Positions 1-12,460 of a stretch of 64,000 nucleotides of DNA are shown piece by piece; positions within the stretch are counted from its first letter, which is position 1, and every line of letters starts with the position of its first letter. The stretch is from the NCBI RefSeq assembly GCF_018350175.1, contig NC_058383.1, positions 5,768,001 to 5,832,000 on the forward strand, in the 5' to 3' direction. The translations under genes and the position numbers were made by a program. The stretch is from Felis catus. Its lineage: Eukaryota. The notes under the pieces are model-generated. The model made no database searches. It was not told the DNA's origin and was given only the letters and a program-made list of their open reading frames with translations.

Positions 1-373
1 GTAATTCTTCTGCTGCAAGACACTAACAAATATTTTAAGCACACATTTAATATATGTTATTAGTTCACGACGAATTTGGTTTGCAAAGTGGAAAACATGT
101 TTATGGCAATGATGTAAAAGATTGAGTCCGGTCAAAAACCATGATCTGGTAATTGAAATACATCACTTAGAATAGCCAATGATTCAATTTATTCATTTCA
201 AATACACTAATATCCTATCATTGCAAACTTCCATAGAATTAACCTAAGTATTGTTTTTAACTTCAAGATATTTCAAAAATTCACTATTAACCACATAAAA
301 ATAATTAAGTAAAATATTTACTGAATGGTTTTTATATGTGCACTGTATTTATAAATTTAGAAAACACACTTAC

Positions 374-449
374 CATTAACAGCTTTTTCATAATTTTTTC
401 CTAGGTTTATTAAATTTCGTAGCCCAGGATTGAACTGTTCCATAACATT
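374..449 (-). CDS. BAIAP2L1: BAIAP2L1 coding exon 2 (start of IMD/I-BAR domain)
   Basis: Acceptor (TTTG)nTCAG|, then 76 nt encoding [25 protein letters not shown] plus one G, then donor ATG|GTAAGT. In frame with exon 1. Confidence 0.97.
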
Positions 450-892
450 CTGACAAACAAACAAACAAACAAATTAATAAGATAAGCAAACAGTAGATCA
501 AGTAATCTTTAGACTTTGTCACTACATAGCCATGGATGCCTGTGTATGCTCGACAGTACGTCTACAAAGCCATGAATGTTTACTTTAAAATAATGAAGAG
601 CACATACTTCTTTACTGATGGAACAGGGCACTCGTACTGGCAAGACACATGTGATCCTGGCAGTTTCCCAGTTGCCCAAGGGCTGCCTAGAACCTACTAT
701 AAATGGAGCAAGTAGCCGACATGCATACCTCCAAAGCATACCCCACAGGAGTTACAGGCCCAGAAGCTGATGCTCCCAGTGGGGTTTAAGTAGGTTAATG
801 GTTGTCACGCTAATGTTAAAAACAGGTGTGCATGATTGGAACCTTATAACTATATAAGCGATGTTTTGGTTATCAATTGAACAGACATTTCT

Positions 893-1095
893 TTCTTTCT
901 TTTTTTTTAATTAACGTTTATTTATTTTTGAGAGACAGAGACAGAGCACGAACATGGGAGGGGCACAGAGAGGGAGACACAGAATCCGAAGCAGGCTCCA
1001 GGCTGAGCTGTCAGCCTGTGTTGAACCCACGAAACATGAGATCATGACATGAGCCAAAGCTGGATGCTTAACTGACTGAGTCACCCAGGTGCCCC
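893..1095 (-). mobile_element. Carnivore SINE (SINEC_Fc-like)
   Basis: tRNA-like head, (CT)n body, A tail; TSD TGAACAGACATTTCT at 878-892 and 1096-1110. Confidence 0.95.
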
Positions 1096-1829
1096 TGAAC
1101 AGACATTTCTAAGAGATCTTGTTTTTACTATGCTTAATAGCCAGGAGAGGGTATGAGGGTGGGTGTTGCTGATGGCCCTAGGACACAGGACAGTCTGCGA
1201 CCTTCTGTCCAGGTGGTCACTGGCACTTTTTTTCCTAGTGATCAGTTTATTCATTAAGTACTTATGGAGTAACCACCGAGTGGTAGGTAGGTCCTGTGCA
1301 CACAATAGTAGGTGAAAAGACATGGTTTCCCTCTCATAGATTTCATGATGCCATATCTCTGCAAATGTCATGGTTTTCATTTTTAAAAGTGTTATTCTTA
1401 TATCACTAGAAAGTCACAAACATAGAGACAAATGCTATGATAAGTATAAGAGGCAATTATTTAGAATGTTGACCTAAACTTAAAGTACAGACAAAAGATC
1501 ATTCCTATGGGTTTCTGACTTCTTGACTAAGAATACACGGTGACTGAATGTATTTGTTCCATCTACAAATAATGAGCTTCACAGCATTAGCCACTCCGGG
1601 TGGACCACTCAAGTCTCCTTACCTCCTCTCCCCAAATGTGAACCCTATTTGTACAAGACCAGGCAATAAAAAGAATGAAAAACACACAACATTCAAATGG
1701 CAGATACTTGATACACATGCTCTTCAGGATAAAAGGTTCTCCTTTATAAACCAGTACAGAGAGAACATAATAACTTTTATCAAACAATGATAAAGGCTTA
1801 TCATGAAAAACAACCCTTGGCTCAACCTT

Positions 1830-3260
1830 TCCCTAAACTTCAACTTACTCCTAAGAGCACTTTCAACTAAGTTGTTATTCTTATATTCATTGCCATAGTT
1901 TTGGATAATATTCTTGATTTCTCAATTTTGGACAATAATGACTGGCTTTCTACTACCCTAGATAAGGGCTCAGCTCTCCATATCACTCCACTTTCCCTAC
2001 CCCAATCCTTCCTATATAATTAAATGGCAATTTGCTGGTAAGTTGAGAGGGTTTATTATGACTTTGTAAATATCAGTCACTACAATGCAAGGAATGAACT
2101 AGGGATTATGTTCCTTTCTTGGTACAGTCTTTGTTTCTTCTGGGGTTAACAATCATCTCATCACCCTCCACACACACCACCCCTCCCTGGCTTAGTTTTC
2201 CATGAATCTACCTTAAATTTTTCCACATGCTCCATCCCATCTAGCAGAAGTCTATCAATATTATTTTTCAAATGCACAAAGTTGTCAGCTAATCTTCCAT
2301 TCCATTTTTCCCCTGAACTTCCTCCAAGGACTCCGTCCTCTTGCTCAGTCTGGCCTGACTGTCCCTGCCACGCTGCTACCCTTGCATGTCCTTTTCTGAT
2401 CCCCTGTGTTAGAGCTCTCATTAACTGGACTCCACACCTTCCTCTTTCATTTATTCCCATTTGCTGAAGATCATTCTCCAAGAACAACCTAAGGAATGAT
2501 GCATGATAGATAAATTTGAGTCACCATGTGTCTGACATTATCTTTACCTTGACATTTGATTGATATTTTGCTGGCTAGAGTATTACAAAGCAAAAGTGAT
2601 TTTCCTTTAGAATGTTAAAGATACTGCTCCACAATTTTTAACATCCAGTTTTGCTACTGAGAAGTCAGCCGTCATTTCTTCTTCCTTTGCATAGGACATA
2701 GTTGGGGGTGCTTATTTCTGGAAGACTTCTCTTTATCCCTGTGTACTACATAACGGTCTGTCTTAGTATGTGTACTTATTTATTTTACTGGGCATTCAAC
2801 AGACCCTATCCATATAGAAAGTTAAGCCCATTAGGTCTGAAAAATGTTCCTGTTTTGTTTTTTGTCTCTCCCTACTTTCTGGCATTCTGATAAGGATTTT
2901 ACACACCCTGAATTTATTATCTAATCATTTTACCTTTTTTCTTTGATTTTCCACTTTTTGTTCCCCCATCTCTGACAGATATCAACTTTACATTCCAAGT
3001 CTTCTATTATGTTTTTTTAAAACTTTTGATATATTTTAAATTTGGGCTCTTTGCAGGTTTTTTTTTTTTTTAATTATCCCTTTTTAAAAGTATCCAGTTC
3101 TTGTTTTGTGAATGATGTATCTCTAATCGGAATAAATTATAACTTTTTTGTTATTTTCTTCCAGTTCCCCATATTATCTCCTAATTATTTCTTTTCATTG
3201 TTTGGCATCCATCTGTATTTTGTGTTGGAGGCTTTCCTCAGACATCTGGCAATCCCTGAT
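1830..3260 (-). mobile_element. Old L1ME/HAL1-like fragments
   Basis: Antisense ORF1 hallmark catccagttttgctactgagaagtc...ttcctttgcatagg and a T-rich strand. Confidence 0.6.
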
Positions 3261-3276
3261 AGCCTGTTCATATTTA

Positions 3277-3505
3277 GAAATTTAAAAAAAAAATTTTTTT
3301 TAATGTTTATTTTTTTTTGAGACAGAGAGAGACAGAGCATGAATGGGGGAGGGTCAGAGAGACAGGGAGACACAGAATCCAAAGCAGGCTCCAGGCTCTG
3401 AGCCGTCAGCACAGAGCCCAACGCGGGGCTCGAACTCACAGACTGTGAGATCATGACCTGAGCTGAAGTCGGGATGCTTAACTGACTGAGCCACCCAGGA
3501 GCCCC
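3277..3505 (-). mobile_element. Carnivore SINE
   Basis: TSD TAGCCTGTTCATATTTA. Confidence 0.95.
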
Positions 3506-4258
3506 TAGCCTGTTCATATTTAAGAGTAAAGTCCTAAAATGCTGGCTGGAAGCTTGTGGGTGTGGGTGTGTACACTAGGGTTGTTGTTGACTAGCAGGCT
3601 TCATTCAGAGTAACTGGACAAGTCAGCTATAGACAAACTGGCCATGTGACAGTAACCAGGGTCCACTGAGTCTCTCTAGACAAGTTTCTTATTTCCTATC
3701 AGGGGTAGGGGAAGAGGCAATGGCCAGGTGGCTGGCTTTCCCCACCCATCAGGAAGGTGACTGGGTTGGGAATTTCACAGTTTACTGAGTTGATTTTTAC
3801 TGAATTCCTGCTCTCTAAGGTTTATTCCCTCCACCTTCTGCTGTTGTTTCCAGGTCGAGACCTCCTATGATTCAGTATGCCCTGAGATTAAATCTCGAGT
3901 CTGCCAGGCAGAGAGAGCTTCTAGTAGTAGTGGTGGTTCAGGTAGGAAAGAAAAACTGTCAGTTTAACCACCTTGTGTAACTCCTTTTCTGGCCCTGGGC
4001 GTCCCCTCTGTCCCCACCTTCTGTGGGCCTGCTCTCCAGCCTCTCAGGTTCTTTGAGGTGAATGGCTCAGCTCTCATCAGTACTCCCACTGCAGAGTCTT
4101 TAAGTTTTCTTAAGGCAGCTACCACTCCTCCAAATTTTTCTAGGCTGTTCATCAACTGCTCTTTTTTCAGTCCTTTCTACCATGAATTTATGGCTTCCAC
4201 CCACCCTCCTTTCCTCTCCTCTTTTTCTTTTTCTTCCTTTGTTATTTCAATGTATTCT

Positions 4259-4479
4259 CTCTTTTTTTTTTTTTTTAATGTTTATTTATTTTTGAGAGAG
4301 ACCGAGACAGAATGCGAGTGGGTTACGGGTAAAGAGAGAAGGAGACACAGAATCCGAAGCAGGCTCCAGGCTCTGAGCTGTCAGCACAGAGCTCGACGCG
4401 GGGCTCGAACTCATGAGCTGTGAGATCATGACCTGAGCCAAAGTTGGATGCTCAACCGACTGAGCCACCCAGGCACCCC
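4259..4479 (-). mobile_element. Carnivore SINE
   Basis: Full SINEC structure with a degenerate TSD. Confidence 0.95.
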
Positions 4480-4729
4480 ATCATTTCCATGTATTCTTAG
4501 AAGAAAAACCTCAGGGTCAATCTGCTGTACTTAACTGGAAGTCCACTCATCCTGTGTTATTGAAGCCAGTCATCTGTTTGAGCCTCATTTACAACCAGCA
4601 GCCATAAAGCCCCAAAGCCAAAGATGACTCCCATACCAGTCTCTCTGAAAGATCTAAGTCTCAATACTGGATCACAGGGACCTAAAGCCATAGCTGCTAT
4701 TTCTACCCTCTTTTCTCAATTCCCTTGTT

Positions 4730-5765
4730 TTGTTTTTAGGCTTATTTTGAAATTGTTCAAGATTCACAAGAAGCTATAAAAACTGTACTGAGAGTTCTCA
4801 CATACGCTTTTCCACTGACGGTAACTTATATAACCATAGTACATTATCAAAACCAGGAAACTGATATTGGTACAACGCTTAACTAAACCGCAGACTTCAT
4901 TTGTATTTACCAGTTTTTTTGTAAGCTTCTTTTGTTTTTGTTTTTTTAAATGTTTTTATTATTTATTTATTTTGAGAGCGAGAAGTCCATGAGCAGGGGC
5001 AGGGCAGAGAGAGGGGGAGAAAATCCCAAGCAGGCTCCGCACTGCCAGCACACAGCCTAATGTGCAGCCCGATCTCATGAACCATGAGAACATGACCTGA
5101 GCGGAAATCAAGAGTGGGATGCTTAACCGGCTGAGTCCCCCAGGCACCCCTGTATTTACCAGTTTTTATATCACTCATTTTGAGGGGGGAAAGTGCATTG
5201 TGTCTATGAAATCTTAACACAAGTATAGACTTATGTGACCATCACCACAGATACAGTACAGAACTGTTCCACTAACACAGTGATCTCTCTCATGCTGCCC
5301 CTTTACAGTCACACCCTCTCCACCAATCTCAATCACTCTAATTTTGTCATTGAGAAGATATTATATAAATGGAATCATACAGTATGTGACCTCTGAGACT
5401 GGCTTTTTCACTCAGCACAATGTCCTTAGGAACCATCCAAGTTGTTGGGTGTATTAATAGTTTATTCCTTTTTTTGGCTAGTAATATTCCACAGTACAGA
5501 TGTATCATAGTTTATTTATACATTTACCCGTTGAACATTTTGGTTGTTTATAGTGTTTGGCAATTGCAAATAAACCTGATATGGACAATCACATGCCGAT
5601 TTCTGTGTAAACGTAAGTGTTCATATCTCCAGGATAAATACCTAGGAGTTCAATTGCTGCGTCATATGGTAGGTATATGTTTAACTTTATAAGAAACTGC
5701 CAAACTATTTTCCAGAGTGCCTGTACCATTTTACATTCCCATCAGCAATGTATGAGATTTTGGTA
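4730..5765 (-). mobile_element. LINE-1 3' end (L1MB/MC-like), interrupted by a SINE
   Basis: Antisense L1 3' UTR motifs ataaatggaatcatacagtatgt and tgtaccattttacattcccatcagcaatgtatgag. Confidence 0.85.
4925..5150 (-). mobile_element. Carnivore SINE inside L1
   Basis: Flanking direct repeat TGTATTTACCAGTTTTT. Confidence 0.9.
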
Positions 5766-5918
5766 CTTTTTAAAATCTAATAACTTTATTGGAAAATAAT
5801 TGCTTTTCAATAAAAGGATAAAACTACTTTTCAATATCTCTTTCAAAATTCTTACAATAATCTTAAGAGACTAAGTCTGGACAACAAGAATGTAAGTTAT
5901 AATAAAAAGATAAAACTT

Positions 5919-6123
5919 GGGGTACCTGGGTGGTTCAGTCAGTTACGCGTCCAACTTCAGCTCAGGTCATGATGTCTTGGCCTGTGAATTCAAGCCCCTC
6001 CATCGGGGTCTGTGCTGACAGCTCAGAGCCTGAAGCCTGCTTTGGGTTGTGTCTCTCTCTGCCCCTCCCTCACTCATGCTCTGTCTCTCTCTCTCTCTCA
6101 AAAATAAACATTAAAAAAAAATT
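5919..6123 (+). mobile_element. Carnivore SINE
   Basis: TSD AAAGATAAAACTT. Confidence 0.95.
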
Positions 6124-8359
6124 AAAGATAAAACTTTAAAAACATCATTTAAAATTCTTATAATAAACTTATGAGGCTGAGTTTGGATGGGTAAGAATAT
6201 AAGGAAACAGATGCAGAGCTAACTCTGTCTACTAGAATACAGTCATTAAAAAGAAGCCCAGATCTGTGTTTTTTAAGATTATTCTTAGTTCAGCTAAGCC
6301 AAATAAGGGGAACATATAATTTGATTTCTTGATATAATTCCTGAAATGTTTACATATAACTCCTATCTTAAAATATCAAAAACAATGAATTAATGAGAAC
6401 TTCCAAAATTAACACCTAGCATAAACCAACCATCCAAATGATTCTACTGGGGAAAAAAGTTAACTCATAAGACTTAGGACTACAATAAGCTTCAGAGAAA
6501 ACAATACAAGAGTTTTTAGGCTCGAAAGTTTAACATACACTTCAATTTCTTATTATTTAAGTTCAGCTACAGAAATTTTTCCCCCGGAAACTTTGGCCCC
6601 CTTGAACAGTGGAAAATCCATTTCTACCCTGGCTCTTGGCCATTAATCTAGTTATTTTAGCTGAAGTACATGTATTTTTAAACTCAGGAACAAAAAAGCA
6701 GTGCTGCCTTTGTACTCCACAATCTGTAAAGTTTTATAAGTAGCAGTGGATATCTTTGTGAACTGGATGGGTCCCACACTTTTTTGAGAGGGCAGTCGTT
6801 GGGTCAAAGGTCATATGGTGTGTTAAGGTTTATTAAGACCTGAATTGTTTACATGGCCTAAGATTTAGAGAAAATCACCAGCAGTAATGAACAAATCCAT
6901 TTTAAGTTTGGCACTAAAAATAAAAGGTTTAAATACCAAGTATAAAAACAAACAAACAAACAAAAACGGTCCAAGAAACACTATTTTGTTACAATCAATA
7001 ACAAAAGCTCAGTTACTGCCTGGCAAGGAGGATAATTTGCCAAACCAGTTTCCACCAGAATGAGTTTCATTTCCATTCAGAGAGCAATATGGATAGTCTA
7101 AGCTAAAATAACTGGCAATATCACTGTTCTACTTGGGCTGAGTCTCAGGAAGAGGAGTTGGTTCTAGCACAAAAGTTCAACAAGCAGCATTGGAGAATTA
7201 ATGGTTAGCTGTTCCAAATAAAATGCTGAGGAATAAACCACACACTTTCCACCAGATTTCTAGCTGGCCCATTTATCTCATGCATTTCCTCTACCTACTG
7301 TGGAGCTACAGATCATAATTTTAAAATGAATTATATAATCTTATGAAGGTTTTAACTTCCTCACCATTTAGATTTTTCCTTCATTAAAAAAAAAAAACAA
7401 CAAAAAAAAACAATTACCTTTACCAACATGGAACTAAAGACAATGAAGCATACATTAATTCAATTTTGACTAGCCAGATAAACTGAGCTGACTTTAAATT
7501 TCTAAGAATTAGTTTACGTTTCTTTTTCCAATTCTCTACATGACCAAGGACAAATTATTTGATATTTCAGTGCTTTATTTTTCTCAGTTGAAAATTGTGG
7601 GTAATATTTACACTGGAATAAGCTTTTAAAAGTGATTTAAGAATCTCTAAGTAAATAGGGAGTTTTATAATGTTCTTCAGGTAACATATTTACCCTTGAA
7701 AGTTTCAATGCCATTTTATATAATCTCATACAAATTAATCCAGTAATGTCACAAATGCTTAAACTAATTAAGGCACATTCTCATTTCATGTGACAAGATT
7801 ATCTGTTAATAAGGATTAACTGTTTGAGAATACTTCTAGATAGACATCATTTGTAGAAAATTTTACTTATCCCTTCCTTGTGTTGTTGGAAGCCACCATT
7901 CCTGGACTAACATCAGTATTTGATTATGTCCCCTGCCTTTAGGGAAGATATTAGTGAGTAAATTTGGCAAAAAAGCAGCTGCTTGTAGACTAACAGATGG
8001 TCAGAAGAGTCATGTTTTCATGTCCATCTTCAATGGGGAGCACAAGCCAAGTAAAGGAAAATAAGACAATGGAGATATTCTGTTTGAAGTATTAAGTTAC
8101 AGCAGAAATAGTCAAGATTCAAATATGTAAAACACAGAAATGCTTCCTATCAAACATGAATAGTGTGTTTGTTCCCCTTCAGTCTGTATTATCTATCTAT
8201 GCTACTAGCTTCTAACTTGCATTATCTATCGATTTGTATTATCTATAATTTGTAACATGCATTCCAGTAGCAATGGGCCCGGTTAACGCTGGATGAGAAA
8301 AAACTGAAAAAAAATTGGGGAAATCACATCACCACCTCGCTAAGGCTCAATCTCCTCTT

Positions 8360-8577
8360 CTTTTTTTTTTTTTACGTTTATTTATTTTTGAGACAGAGAG
8401 AGACAGAGCATGAACGGGGGAAGGTCAGAGAGAGAGAGGGAGACACAGAATCTGAAACAGGTTCCAGGCTCTGAGCTGTCAGCACACAGCCCGACACGGG
8501 GCTCGAACCCACGAACTGCAAGATCATGACCTGAGCTGAAGTCGGACACCCAACCGACTGAGCTACCCTGGCGCCCC
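8360..8577 (-). mobile_element. Carnivore SINE
   Basis: TSD TCAATCTYCTCTTCT; flanks look MIR-like. Confidence 0.95.
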
Positions 8578-9158
8578 TCAATCTTCTCTTCTATAAAATG
8601 GAAATAATGATAATTTGGACTTCATGAGGAATATGAAGATTCAATGAGATATTAAGTAGTATTTATGCAACACTTATGTGCTCTTCCAAGCACCTGGTAC
8701 TTAGTGCACACTGAATCAATTGTAATAATTAATATTGCAAGACAAAAGCTCTAAAATATTAGTCAACTCTTCAAGTGGATGAACATTCCCATTTCCACAG
8801 ATGTCTCCAGATACCTGAGTTCCTCTCTGTAATATGAAAATAAATGATACTGGCTATTCTACCTTGAAGGGTCACATCAGGATGAGAGAGACCATGAATA
8901 TAAAATACTCTAGAAAAGTGTGGGATACAAAGGAAATCGAAGGTGTTATTATTTCTTCTATTCAGTTGAGAATATTTTATTCTTTTTTTCCTAGGTGAGA
9001 TAAATTTGGCATTTATGGAGTGCTACCATATTTCAGGCTCTGTGCCCATGTTTTACATGGGCTGTTTCATTAGATCCTAACAACATGATTATTATCATCA
9101 TCATTTTATGGATGACACACCAAAGCTTTGAGATGCTAAATTTAAAAACCTTGCTGAA

Positions 9159-9327
9159 GGGGTGCCTGCGTGACTCAGTCAGTTAAACGTCCATTCTTGA
9201 TTTCAGCTTGGGTCATGTCATATCTCACGGTTTGGGTTCATGGGATCGAGCCCCGTGTTGGGCCTGCTTGGGATTCTCTCTCACTCAAAATAAATAAATA
9301 AATATTTAAAACTAAATAAATAAAATA
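9159..9327 (+). mobile_element. Carnivore SINE, internally shortened
   Basis: TSD AAAACYTTGCTGAAG. Confidence 0.9.
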
Positions 9328-9656
9328 AAAACTTTGCTGAAGATCGCAAAGGTCAGGCCCAGGCAGCCTCCCTGCTAACCTTTGCGCTCACCCCTCAGGT
9401 CTCAATACAATTCCTCGAAGTGAATTGTGCAATCGTATAAGCTGAAAATGGTTGAATAACAGAGCATTATTTTCGTGTGAGAAATTATGGGAGACTACAA
9501 TGTTTTCTTTTTCGAGGATTTCTTGTGATATTACTCCTGATTTTTTATTAATAAAATATTCTAATAGCAGAAGAATTAAACCAATATTGACCAACTCTAC
9601 CCGGGCAAACAAATATTTGACCTTCTTTTCTTTCCCTTAAGAAAAAAAAAAAAAGA

Positions 9657-9760
9657 GGGGTTCCTGGGTGGCACAGTCGGTTAAGCGTCCAACTTCAGCC
9701 AGGTCACGATCTCGTGGTCCGTGAGTTCGAGCCCCGTATCAGGCTCAAAAAAAGTAAAGA
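9657..9760 (+). mobile_element. Head-only SINE of the young felid subtype joined directly to an A-rich tract
   Basis: Head ends ...gagccccgtatcaggctc, then aaaaaaagtaaag. Confidence 0.85.
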
Positions 9761-9789
9761 AAAAGAAGACTCCTCAACTACCTATAGTC

Positions 9790-10736
9790 CTCACAAGAAT
9801 AATGGTTGACACTATCATACTGATTTTCTTTAGTGTAAAGGAATTAAAATATTACAAAACCACAGGATGTTTTTAACCACCCCAGCCAAATCTTGTATCT
9901 CTTTACTTTCTTCTCCCCAGAGGGAACTATCAATTAAGAATGCTGTTAATTTTCTAACTCATATTTTATACTTTTACATATACATATATTTAGTCCTGAC
10001 TGATACATAATTTTGTTTTGTACATTTTGATAAAATAAATGGTATCATAATACATTTCACTCTTACTTTTTTTTTTTTTTAATTCAATGTTATGTTCCTG
10101 AGACCTGCCCACCTGGTTACATATTGACTGAGTTTATTCTACTACTTTAAGTCTGCATGGTATCCCATTGTGATTGTTAGTTTTAGGTGTCTGCATAACA
10201 GTCAGTAAATTAGGTACTAATTTACGTGTTGCTGTGAAGGAATTCTATAGATATGGTTAACATCTACAACCAGTTTAAGTACTATCCTCAATAATCAGGG
10301 TAGGCTTCCTTTAATCACTCGAAAAGCCTTCAAGAATAAAACTAAGGTCTTTCTGAGGAAGACGATATTCTGCTTGCCTACACTACAGATTTCAGACTTC
10401 CCAGCCCTCACAATCAAGTAAGCCAATTTATTTCCTCTACTGAGTAGCATTTAGATGGGCTTATGAGTTTTGGCTAATATGAAGTATGTGGCAAGGGACT
10501 GTACATGTCTCCTTGTACACACAGGTAAGAAATTACCTAGAAACGGAATTGCTGAGGCATAGAGTATGTGACAGATTTCTCAATTTTGTTATATACCACA
10601 ATATACTTTAGAGAAAGTGGCTGTAGCAGTGGGTGGTCCCACAACCACTGTATGAAAGTACTATCTTACCACACACTCACCAACACTTAGTGTTGCCACA
10701 GTTTTTTCCTACCTGATGAGTGAAAAACAGTAACTT
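9790..10736 (-). mobile_element. Old L1ME-like 3' fragment with a nested MLT2 LTR
   Basis: Antisense L1 3' UTR motifs on both sides of the LTR. Confidence 0.6.
10168..10445 (+). mobile_element. MLT2-type (ERVL) LTR fragment
   Basis: Starts tgtgattgttagttttaggtgtc; contains gtgttgctgtgaagg and cagccctcacaatcaagtaagccaatt. Confidence 0.75.
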
Positions 10737-10843
10737 AAAATTTTTTTTTAATGTTTATTTATTTTTGAAAGAGAGGAACAAAGTGTGAGCAGGGGAGAGG
10801 CAGAGAGAGAGAGAGAGAGACACAGAGAGAGAGAGAGAGACAC

Positions 10844-10881
<38 letters not shown>

Positions 10882-11019
10882 GGACAGACAGAATCCAAAG
10901 CAGGCTCCAAGCTCTGAGCTGTAAGCACAGAGCGCAACGTGGGGCTCAAACTCACGAACCGTGAGATCATGATGTGAGCTAAGGTCAGAAACTCAACCAA
11001 CTGAGCCATCCAGGTGCCC
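10737..11019 (-). mobile_element. Carnivore SINE with an expanded (GA)n tract
   Basis: SINEC structure; compound (GA)n/(CAGA)n at 10800-10890. Confidence 0.95.
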
Positions 11020-11289
11020 TGTAAACAGTACCTTTTTAAAAAGAACTTTAACTGCCTCCCCTGTCAGCAATAAAAAAGTACCCATAACTGGAAATATCCG
11101 AGCAGGAGAGGAGAAACAATGAAAGGTAGTTAACTAGTATATTGCAATGGTTTCATCCTCAACTCTCAGGTCTACATAGATTTAAGGTCATCAGAGAGTT
11201 TATCCATTTAACAGCAGGGTAGGGTACCAAAAGCCTGGATACTTCATATAATTAAGCAGGTTTGGCTCTGGCCACCCCCTTCCCTGCCC

Positions 11290-11665
11290 CCAATCACTGC
11301 TCCAGGCACAACGGCCTCCAGGCTGTTATCTGAACACACCAAACCCATTCCCACCATAGCTATTTTGTACTTGCTCTCCTGCCTGAAGGCTCTCTTCCTA
11401 GATACATGTCTACCAGTTCTCAGTGCCAACCCTCTCAGAGACACTTTCCTCCCACCATGTCTGGTAGCACCTCTATTTTCCTTCTCTCTCTGGCTCCGTT
11501 CCTTGCTTCTCTTCCTTCAAAAGGCTGTTCACTAACTCACATGATATTACCAATCTATTTACTGTTTCCTTAGTAGGAAATGCATGTAAATTAAGGCCAA
11601 GGGAGATCTGTAGCATCAAGAACAGTGCCTGGACCATCTAATGTCCAAAATGTACTCATCAACAG
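11290..11665 (+). mobile_element. L2 3' fragment
   Basis: L2-like ...aacagtgcctgg...actca 3' end. Confidence 0.55.
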
Positions 11666-12044
11666 CAGTTTTTGATTGTTGTTGTTGTTGTTACATAAGA
11701 GATATATGTGCTCATGGATGAATCAGCTACACAATATGTATGCCCTCAGTTCATCTGAACATACTGCAACAGACACAATGACCCAGTGGACCAATTAGTT
11801 GTGAAAATCAGGTGTGAGGTAATACACTGCCTGCACCTTCATTAGCTCAAAGTAACAGCTCCAACTGAAGGTCACAAAAGCTGTAAGGCTCTGCCCTACA
11901 CTTACTAAATCATAGCAGGCTTACAAAATCTGAAAATGCCAGGGCTTCCCTTGTGAATTCTGACTTCCCAAACTTATGTTTCTCCAAGTTGATTTTTAAA
12001 TTACTTTTTAAGTATTAAGCAGTAATGTGGCCCTTAAAAAAGTA

Positions 12045-12460
12045 CCTTGCAAGAAATACCCCAAATGTCCAACTGGTGAACAGATAAACATGGTACATCC
12101 ACAAATGGAATATTATTAAGCCATAAAAAGAAATAAAGCACCAAAACACACTATAACATGTAGCGACATCATGCTAAGTGGAAAAAACCAAGTCACAAAA
12201 GACCATATATTATAGGACTCGGTTTATGTGAAATATCTAGTAAGACAAATCTATAGAGACAAAAAACATATGAGAGGTTGTCTGGGGCTGGGGATGAGAA
12301 GGAGGAATGATGGCAATGGTCACAAACGACCTTCTGGGGGTGATGAATAAAATGTTTAAAATTGGATTGTGGCGATGGTTGCAAATTCTATACATTTACT
12401 AAATTCACCAAAAAAATCACTGAATTCTACATTTACAATGAGTGAATTTTATACACCCAG
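12045..12460 (+). mobile_element. LINE-1 3' end fragment (L1MB/ME-like)
   Basis: atggaatattattaagccataaaaag...attggattgtggcgatggttgc. Confidence 0.8.
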
